Positions 57,555-64,000 of a stretch of 64,000 nucleotides of DNA are shown here, piece by piece. The translations under genes were made by a program, and so were the position numbers. Under the pieces are notes generated by a model. It did no database searches and was not told the DNA's origin. It saw nothing but the letters and a program-made list of their open reading frames with translations. The first letter of the stretch is position 1. Each line of letters opens with the position of its first letter. Location: contig CAYLJX010000004.1 of assembly GCA_964384235.1 (NCBI GenBank), positions 15,916 through 79,915 of the forward strand, in the 5' to 3' direction. The DNA comes from an uncultured Bdellovibrionales bacterium. Its GTDB lineage: Bacteria; Patescibacteriota; Minisyncoccia; Moranbacterales; UBA1568.

Positions 57555-57871
57555 GAGGTAAACGTTACCCTCCCATTCTCTATCCTTACTCCCTCCTTGG
57601 CAAGACGGCGTGCCTTTTCTGTGGAACCACCGCGATTGTACTCGCCGATACGCCCGTCAGACCGGACGACCCGGTGACACGGCACCGATTCGTCGAAGTT
57701 GTCCCTCATGACGGTCCCGACGGCGCGGGCCGCTCCGGGAAAACCGGCGCGCTTCGCGACTTCTCCATAGGAGAGTGTTTGGCCGCGTGGAATCTTTCGC
57801 ACGGTATCCCGCACTGCTTCCGCGAAATCCTTCTTATTCAGTTTTTTGATATGACTTTTCATATTTTCCAC
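57551..57871 (-). CDS. ogt: Methylated-DNA-protein-cysteine methyltransferase (C-terminal domain only)
   Basis: IPRG..LSYGEVA, AARAVG, VPCHRVV, LAKEG. Confidence 0.85.
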   Translation of the reverse strand: MENMKSHIKKLNKKDFAEAVRDTVRKIPRGQTLSYGEVAKRAGFPGAARAVGTVMRDNFDESVPCHRVVRSDGRIGEYNRGGSTEKARRLAKEGVRIENGRVTFTS

Positions 57872-57972
57872 TTCAATATACGTAATACAACAGTATCATA
57901 CGGTTTTTCCGTTTGTACATAATTTCTAACGACCGCGACAAATTATGTACAGGCTTCAAGAAACAAAAAACA

Positions 57973-58004
57973 AAAGAGGACTCCCTCTGAAGGAAGTCCT
58001 CTTT
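57973..58004. terminator. Hairpin terminator for the minus-strand 58019 operon
   Basis: aaagaggact...agtcctcttt with an upstream A tract. Confidence 0.65.
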
Positions 58005-58018
58005 GAAGACCTGGCTTG

Positions 58019-58870
58019 CTAATTGGTCGTTTCGGTCTCACCGAAAGCCTTCTTGAGCTCAGCTCGGGCGGCTGCGACCGTCACCTTGAAGTCATCGAGT
58101 GCCTTCTTGACAGCCGTGCGGCGCGTCTCGGCGAGCTTCTTCACCTGCTCCCCGACCTTCTCGGCATCCTGCCGATCGGCATTGAGCGTCTTTCGGGCGG
58201 ACTCGAGACTGGACTTGAACGTCGAACGGACAGTCTCGGGGTCGGTACCGGCCTCACAGTCGGACTTGGCCTTGGCGATGGCCGCATCGACCGCCGTCTT
58301 GAACTTGTCGGCGGCACTCTCCATCGAAGACTTGCGACCGGAGATGGCACTGTCTACGCCGGTCCGGAACGCAGCGATCGCCGCGTCCACGGCGGCACGC
58401 CTCGTTTCCACCGCCTTGTCGACGGTTTCCTTGAATTTCGCTACGGCAGCCTTTTGCTCATCGGTCGTCGCTTTCTCATCAAGCTTGGTATACCATCCGC
58501 TCCGCCTGGAGTCCTGATTGTCGCGCTTTTCCTCAAGCTTGCCGGTGCGCTCCTCGCGACGCTCTCCGATCTTGGCGACACGCTCCGTCTTGCGCTCCTC
58601 GAACTTGGTGTGCTTCTCACTGAGCTTCTCGGAGATGTTGGCCGCGTGTTCGGTGAAACGGGTACAGAACGCTTCCTGGCGTTTCTCCTGGCGCTCCGCC
58701 ATCCTCTCCTCTTTCTTTTCCTGGAATTCCGCCATGCGCTCCTGCTGCTTGGCTTTGACCGCCTCGGCACGCTCCTTGGCATCCGTGGCCCAATTGGCCG
58801 ATGCGGTTCCCGGCACGAGCATCACCCCGACACCGAGCACGGCAAAAAACTTATAGGCTGTTTTCATCAT
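58019..58870 (-). CDS. Secreted coiled-coil helical protein
   Basis: Signal peptide (ASA), K/E/A/R-rich helices, two Cys. Confidence 0.8.
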   Translation of the reverse strand: MMKTAYKFFAVLGVGVMLVPGTASANWATDAKERAEAVKAKQQERMAEFQEKKEERMAERQEKRQEAFCTRFTEHAANISEKLSEKHTKFEERKTERVAKIGERREERTGKLEEKRDNQDSRRSGWYTKLDEKATTDEQKAAVAKFKETVDKAVETRRAAVDAAIAAFRTGVDSAISGRKSSMESAADKFKTAVDAAIAKAKSDCEAGTDPETVRSTFKSSLESARKTLNADRQDAEKVGEQVKKLAETRRTAVKKALDDFKVTVAAARAELKKAFGETETTN

Positions 58871-59195
58871 AAGAATTTCCTAAATCATTAACACTCTCGC
58901 TGTCGCTCTCGATATCGGACATTTCTCCGGCCTCCTCGTCATCGAGCGCCGAACCGTCAGCAGCCGCCTGCGCCTCGATGTTGGCAGCGACCTCGTCGAT
59001 GTTCTTCGGTTCCGGATTCTGGACCGGCGTCTGGGAAGCACCCGAAGGCATCGTCTGTTTCTTCATGGGAGCGGTCTGGGTTACCGGATTCGCAACTCCC
59101 CGCTCCGGCATCGTGAATTGTCGATAGACCAACACGAACGCCAGCACGGCTACAGCCACGCCAGCCACCACTCCTATGGCTTGTTTTTGTGACAT
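58851..59195 (-). CDS. Membrane-anchored low-complexity acidic protein
   Basis: N-terminal TM, acidic tail; overlaps the next gene's start. Confidence 0.7.
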   Translation of the reverse strand: MSQKQAIGVVAGVAVAVLAFVLVYRQFTMPERGVANPVTQTAPMKKQTMPSGASQTPVQNPEPKNIDEVAANIEAQAAADGSALDDEEAGEMSDIESDSESVNDLGNSYDENSL

Positions 59196-59303
59196 ATCTT
59201 AAAAATGATTACGTTTGTTTAGTACGGGGGACGACCCTTTCCTCCCTGTTCGTACAGTATACCACACGATTTTTTTCCTTTTCTGAAGCGTTTTTATACC
59301 ATA

Positions 59304-59331
59304 TTGACAAATTCTGTAGGAGGAGTATGCT
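59304..59331 (+). promoter_or_regulatory. Sigma70-type promoter
   Basis: TTGACA-16 bp-TATGCT followed by a GC hairpin. Confidence 0.65.
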
Positions 59332-59410
59332 CGCGGCAGAGGGGGCGGTGCCCCTTTTGTGTTTGTGTATTACAGGTCCTTAAAAACCTGGCAGCTTATG
59401 GAGGTTCGAA

Positions 59411-59761
59411 ATGAAACTGCGACTCTGCCAAACTCTCCCATCCCCTGAAGTTCCTCCCTTGCGGAGATTCGTCAGGAAATTCCACCTCAAGATCATTCCG
59501 CCAAGCATTGAACCGGGTCCCGCCCGACACTCCTGTTGGGAAGACGATATCATGGGTTTCGATGAGAACGATGCCATCATCAGAGGTATCGCCATCTGGA
59601 TCATGCAACAATACGGCGAAATAAGGCTCAGCCTGCGGCGCAATGACCGAACCGTGACAAAGCTTGGGTTCGCAAAAGAAGGACTCCCGGATGGAACGGT
59701 ATTCGACTGCCGACCGATCGGAATGTTGGAAATCCCGAAACTTGTCCTGGTACGGAACTAG
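59411..59761 (+). CDS. Orphan protein (116 aa)
   Basis: GGAGG SD, promoter upstream, terminator at 59811-59850. Confidence 0.6.
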   Translation: MKLRLCQTLPSPEVPPLRRFVRKFHLKIIPPSIEPGPARHSCWEDDIMGFDENDAIIRGIAIWIMQQYGEIRLSLRRNDRTVTKLGFAKEGLPDGTVFDCRPIGMLEIPKLVLVRN

Positions 59762-59866
59762 AACCGAACCAGAGGAGGAGACATCATGACCCCTCAACCC
59801 CAATACAGTAAGGCCCGAGTCCGCCAAAGAGCAGACCGGGCCTTTTTCTTCATCCTTCAAAATTTT

Positions 59867-61906
59867 TCAACCCCGTTTGCGGTGCGAACGTTTGCCGCCG
59901 AGACTTTCCTCCAGTGCGCGGATCTCATCGCGCAGGATAGCGGCCGTCTCGAAATCGAGCACTTTGACCGCCGCCTGCATCTCCTTTTCCTTCAGACGGA
60001 TGAGTTTCTGCGGATCCTTAGCAAAGATCTCCTGGTCCAGGACGACATTGGCACGAACCGCCTTGTCATGCTCGCTCTCGAGATGCTCGGTGATATCGTG
60101 GATGTTCTTCTTGATCGTCTGCGGCGTGATGCCGTGTTCTTGGTTGTATGCCATCTGAAGCGCCCGACGACGATTGGTCTCGTCGAGGGCATAGCGCATC
60201 GATCCGGTGACCGAATCGGCATAGAGTGTCACCCGTCCGGCGACGTTTCGCGCGGCGCGGCCGATGATCTGGATGAGTGACGTCTCGGAACGGAGAAACC
60301 CTTCCTTGTCCGCGTCGAGGATCCCGATGAAGGACACTTCCGGCAGGTCCAGTCCCTCGCGCAAGAGATTGACGCCGACGAGACAGTCGAATTCGCCCTT
60401 GCGGAAGGCGGTGAGGATCTTGATCCGTTCGATCGTCTTGATATCGCTGTGGAGGTACTCGGCTTTGAGATGTTTTTCCTTAAGATAGGTGCTCAGGTCT
60501 TCGGCCATCTTCTTGGTGAGCGTCGTCGCAATGACACGACCACCCTTTTGTATTTCCCGTTCTGCTTCCGCGATGAAGTCCTGGATCTGACCAGGATACA
60601 CTCCCTGTTCACGGATGGGGCGTACCACGACCTCCGGATCGAGGAGTCCCGTCGGACGGATGACTTGTTCGACGATCCGTGTGCTCGTTTCACGCTCCTC
60701 TTGTGAAGGCGTCGCCGAAGTGAAAACTATCTGTCCCACCCGCTCGACGAATTCCTCATAGCGGAGCGGCCGGTTGTCGAGAGCGCTCGGCAGGCGGAAT
60801 CCGTACTCGACAAGCGTCTTCTTGCGCGACTGATCGCCGGCATACATGCCCCGAAGCTGCGGCAGCGTCACGTGCGACTCGTCGATGACCGTGAGAAAAT
60901 CCGGCCGACCGTCGCTCGTGTGCGGGAAGTAGGAGAGAAGCGTCTCGGGAGGATCGCCCTGGTTCTTTCCGGAGAGGTGACGGGAATAGTTTTCGATACC
61001 GTTGCAGTAGCCGATCTCCTGGATCATGGCGAGGTCATAGTTGGTGCGACGCTTGAGGCGCTCGACTTCGAGGATCTTGCCTTCGGCTTCCAGAACCTTG
61101 AGCCGTTCGTCGAGCTCGAGACGGATCGATAGGATGGCGCGTTCCTGCTCGGCCTTGTCCGTGATGAAGTGCTTGGCCGGGAAGAGAAAGACGTTCTCGA
61201 GCGTGCCAAGGATCTTCTGTGAGACAGGATCGATCTTGGTGATCATCCCCAACTTTCCACCGACGATCTCGAGGAGGTAGATGAACTTCTCCGAGACCGG
61301 CATGATCTCGATACGGTTGCCGAGACTGCGGAACTGACCAGGACTGAGATCCGCATTGGTGCGCTCGAAGAAAATGGAGACAAGCTTGTGCAGGAGTTCA
61401 GTGCGCGAGCACGCCATCCCGACCTCGAGGTGAAGGTTTTCCTTCTTGTATTCCTCCGGGCTCCCCAATCCGTAGATGCACGACACCGACGCGACGATAA
61501 TGACATCCTGACGCGTGAGCAGGGACTGCGTGGAGGCGTGCCGCAACCGGTCGATCTCCTCGTTGATGGCGGCGTCCTTCTCGATGTAAGTATCGGTCAC
61601 GGGGAGATAGGCTTCCGGCTGGTAGTAGTCGTAGTAGGAGACGAAGTAGTGCACGGCATGATCGGGAAAGAATTCCTGGTACTCCTGGGCGAGCTGGGCG
61701 GCGAGCGTCTTGTTGTGAGCGATGACGAGGGTCGGTTTACCGACGGCCACGATGACATTGGCCATGGTGAACGTCTTGCCGGAGCCAGTGACACCGAGAA
61801 GTGTCTGACGCGGCTCGCCTTTCTTCAGGCCGTCGACGAGCGACGCGATCGCCTGAGGCTGATCACCAGAAGGACTGAACTTGTTGTGAAGATTAAACAC
61901 GGACAT
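59867..61906 (-). CDS. uvrB: Excinuclease ABC subunit B
   Basis: GDQP.AI, LLGVTGSGKTFT, YFVSYYDYYQPEAY, DESH, NLLREGLDLPEV, FETAAILRD. Confidence 0.98.
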   Translation of the reverse strand: MSVFNLHNKFSPSGDQPQAIASLVDGLKKGEPRQTLLGVTGSGKTFTMANVIVAVGKPTLVIAHNKTLAAQLAQEYQEFFPDHAVHYFVSYYDYYQPEAYLPVTDTYIEKDAAINEEIDRLRHASTQSLLTRQDVIIVASVSCIYGLGSPEEYKKENLHLEVGMACSRTELLHKLVSIFFERTNADLSPGQFRSLGNRIEIMPVSEKFIYLLEIVGGKLGMITKIDPVSQKILGTLENVFLFPAKHFITDKAEQERAILSIRLELDERLKVLEAEGKILEVERLKRRTNYDLAMIQEIGYCNGIENYSRHLSGKNQGDPPETLLSYFPHTSDGRPDFLTVIDESHVTLPQLRGMYAGDQSRKKTLVEYGFRLPSALDNRPLRYEEFVERVGQIVFTSATPSQEERETSTRIVEQVIRPTGLLDPEVVVRPIREQGVYPGQIQDFIAEAEREIQKGGRVIATTLTKKMAEDLSTYLKEKHLKAEYLHSDIKTIERIKILTAFRKGEFDCLVGVNLLREGLDLPEVSFIGILDADKEGFLRSETSLIQIIGRAARNVAGRVTLYADSVTGSMRYALDETNRRRALQMAYNQEHGITPQTIKKNIHDITEHLESEHDKAVRANVVLDQEIFAKDPQKLIRLKEKEMQAAVKVLDFETAAILRDEIRALEESLGGKRSHRKRG

Positions 61907-61937
61907 AGCAGTTTCAATTGTTCCTTAGCTGCTCTCG

Positions 61938-62145
61938 CCCCGCACCAATGCGAAGCATTCGGTGCTGGGGTCGCCAGAAGGCTTGAATTTTCCACTGAGA
62001 GTAAAAACAGACATAACTGGTATTACCCGCGGGGCAAGCCCCGCTCCCAATCCCCACGCGGCAAGCCGCGGGGTATCGACCCGATTTTACCTGCGCTCCG
62101 CTCGGAAACGAAAGCATGCTTTCGTTTCGCTCGCTACGCTTGGTA
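61938..62145. repeat. Cluster of stem-loops, REP- or IS200/IS605-end-like
   Basis: ccccgcacc..gcgaagc..ggtgctgggg; gcggggcaagccccgc; cgcggcaagccgcg; perfect 24-bp palindrome at 62105-28. Confidence 0.65.
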
Positions 62146-62171
62146 ATGAAAAATGATATACTATTGGATAT

Positions 62172-62615
62172 ATGCGCTCCCCTATCCTTTCATTTTCGCT
62201 CGTCGGTGTCCAGTTCGCGACGTTCCTGTATCTCCTCCTGACGATCCCTCTTCCTTTTGCTTCGATGGGTGCTTTGGCGTTATTCGTCGCGGGTGTGGTT
62301 GTGAGTCTCTCCGGCGTCTACGCCATACGCAAGAGCCGTTTCTCGATCATCCCCGACGTGGCCCGAGGCGCGACCCTCGTCACGAGCGGTCCTTACCAGC
62401 TTATCCGCCATCCGATGTACTCGGGCGTGCTGCTCTCCGCACTCGGACTCCTCATCGCGTCGCCGATCATGCCGCGCCTCGTCACCTTTGCGATCCTCCT
62501 CATCAATCTCAATATCAAATACCGTTACGAGGAGCGCCTCCTCTCACAGGCCTTCCCCAAGGAATACCCCGCCTATCGGAAGCGTACCAAAGCGCTCATT
62601 CCTTTTCTTTACTAG
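62172..62615 (+). CDS. Isoprenylcysteine carboxyl methyltransferase / PEMT family membrane protein
   Basis: LVTSGPYQLIRHPMY, EERLL, Y..Y...T..LIP. Confidence 0.9.
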   Translation: MRSPILSFSLVGVQFATFLYLLLTIPLPFASMGALALFVAGVVVSLSGVYAIRKSRFSIIPDVARGATLVTSGPYQLIRHPMYSGVLLSALGLLIASPIMPRLVTFAILLINLNIKYRYEERLLSQAFPKEYPAYRKRTKALIPFLY

Positions 62616-63306
62616 AAAGCCGGTCCAGGAACTTCCGGCACTGTGCCCCGCAGTAACGCATGAACCGTTGCCCGCGGCCGCGATGCATATACAGGAAGAA
62701 CAGGAAAGCGACGATGCCGATCGCCACGGCGATATCGGCTCCGAATTTCAGCGGCATGAGCGTGTGCCAGAGCTTGCGAAGTGACGCGAGACCGGCATAC
62801 CCGGCGTAGATATAGAAAAGGTCCTTCACAAAATTGCCGGCATACGTCGCCACGAGGAATATCCGCAGGTCGAGCTTGATGATACCGGCGGCAAGGGAGA
62901 CCGGGGTCGTCGGGACGAAGGGAATGACCCGCAGGAAAAACAGGAGACCGCCGTCCTTCCAGTGATGTCCCTGAAACCGCTTCCCGATGCTCTCGATCTC
63001 CTTGTGCGTGACGCCCAGGAACCGGCCGATCCGACCGATGAGCAGGTCCTCGAGCTTGTCACCGAGGAAATAGTAGAGCCAGGCGCCGAGCGTCTTGCCG
63101 ATATTGCCGAAAGCAGCCAGAAAGACGAGGAACCAGAGCGGCTCACCGTGCATGAGCGCAAGCGACCCGGCCGTCCCCATGATGAGGGCCGAGGGAATGG
63201 GACTCACCACCTCCTCAAAGAACGATCCGAAAAACACGAACCATTCGAGCGGCATCTGCAGGGCGGCATCCCTCACGAAATGTTCGATGGCCTTGAAGAA
63301 ATGCAT
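62596..63306 (-). CDS. DedA/VTT family membrane protein
   Basis: EEVVSPIPS, GAWLYYFLG, LRVIPFVP..VSLAAG. Confidence 0.85.
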   Translation of the reverse strand: MHFFKAIEHFVRDAALQMPLEWFVFFGSFFEEVVSPIPSALIMGTAGSLALMHGEPLWFLVFLAAFGNIGKTLGAWLYYFLGDKLEDLLIGRIGRFLGVTHKEIESIGKRFQGHHWKDGGLLFFLRVIPFVPTTPVSLAAGIIKLDLRIFLVATYAGNFVKDLFYIYAGYAGLASLRKLWHTLMPLKFGADIAVAIGIVAFLFFLYMHRGRGQRFMRYCGAQCRKFLDRLSSKEKE

Positions 63307-63809
63307 CAGCGGAGCATTGCCTTACCGAATCCGACTGAAAACCGTTTGCACCAGATCCAGACTTCGTCGTACTGTGTGACATCGATGCTTGACGGTACCG
63401 CGTAGTTCTGTCCGCCCGAGTTCCCTTTGAGCGGCGCGAGCAACCCCTCCGATCGATACTCTCCGGCCCTACCGAAAGACACGTAGAGGTCCGGTCCGTT
63501 GGTCACGTCAAAATCGTCATCAAGACGGACAAAGTATTTCTCCCCGTCCCGGACCAGGAGCGCCGTCCCCTTGGCACTGTGCGCTCCCACCCCTTCGAAG
63601 CTTCCTCGTTTGAGGATTTCGGGTTCGGCCGCTTTCGACATGACCGATTCCGCAGGCATAGACGTTTCCGTCGCAGGCAGAGCGTTCTGCTGTAAGACGA
63701 TGTCTTCAAGCTTCTCCGATGCTTTCTTCTGCGTGAAAAACGGATGAAAGAAATACGCGAGCGCGGAGGCGATCAGCACTCCGACGACAATCACTATGGC
63801 TTTTTTCAT
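63306..63809 (-). CDS. DM13-domain protein
   Basis: GSF....H.AKG, NGPDLYV, LKGNSGGQNY, VWIWCKRFSV.FG.A. Confidence 0.9.
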   Translation of the reverse strand: MKKAIVIVVGVLIASALAYFFHPFFTQKKASEKLEDIVLQQNALPATETSMPAESVMSKAAEPEILKRGSFEGVGAHSAKGTALLVRDGEKYFVRLDDDFDVTNGPDLYVSFGRAGEYRSEGLLAPLKGNSGGQNYAVPSSIDVTQYDEVWIWCKRFSVGFGKAMLR

Positions 63810-63885
63810 ATTTTCAACGTGAAGTATTACATCCTCAGATGTACTACCATCATACCACTTTCTTTCTTCGGATTCCTTCCGACCG

Positions 63886-64000
63886 TCAATCTATGAACGT
63901 GAGCGCGTTGCCGGTCTTGTGGCCGCGGCCGGTCCGGCCGATGCGATGGACGTAGTCCTCGTAGTTTTCCGGAACGTCGTAGTTGATGACGTGCGTCACG
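63886..64000 (-). CDS. DEAD-box RNA helicase, C-terminal end (5' part outside the window)
   Basis: [26 protein letters not shown] (motif VI), stop at 63886. Confidence 0.9.
   Translation of the reverse strand, partial: VTHVINYDVPENYEDYVHRIGRTGRGHKTGNALTFID

Noticed and set aside
696-63405. Many long plus-strand ORFs antisense to core genes (e.g. 696-1958, 10594-12408, 33555-35222, 55355-56515)
   Set aside because: Shadow frames caused by GC-biased codon usage; no motifs, and they fully overlap well-supported genes.
1-64000. Alternative genetic code (TGA as Gly) as in Gracilibacteria
   Set aside because: Conserved genes such as rsmH, murF, uvrB and the DEAD helicase end at TGA at expected positions, with no internal TGA.

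Overview
A gene-dense, roughly 55-60% GC bacterial chromosome segment read with genetic code 11, with most genes on the minus strand. Gene content and style point to Patescibacteria/CPR, probably Parcubacteria and Moranbacteria-like (inference): core genes mostly lack Shine-Dalgarno (SD) sites, UvrC and MiaB are shortened, there is a CPR-type type IV pilus cluster, and Gmad2, TrmB and DedA proteins are present. The core backbone runs: a split dTDP-rhamnose operon (rfbA/B/C/D) with glyA; khpA; the dcw cluster (mraZ-rsmH-ftsL-like-PBP-murF); pepA, rarA, acyP, xth, miaB and rlmN; a pilC-pilin-pilMNO cluster; two uvrA copies plus uvrB and uvrC; an oxidative-stress cluster; a large secreted lipase-like protein; and the end of a DEAD-box helicase. 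I saw no rRNA, tRNA, CRISPR array, transposase or integrase. The most interesting signals are: (1) about a dozen orphan genes, each in a self-contained cassette with, in most cases, a near-consensus sigma70 promoter, a hairpin, a boxA-like GTTCTTNACAAC motif, a strong SD and a terminator, resembling an rRNA-leader antitermination design; (2) small GCGAAGC-capped palindromes inserted in frame into rsmH and uvrC, and a related palindrome in the lipase gene; (3) degenerate 7/8-mer arrays, often inverted, at many gene junctions; (4) two UvrA paralogues with complementary domain loss; (5) a mosaic lipase gene followed by a low-GC membrane gene; (6) several 165-240 nt rod-like hairpins. All family calls come from motif recognition by eye, not from database searches.
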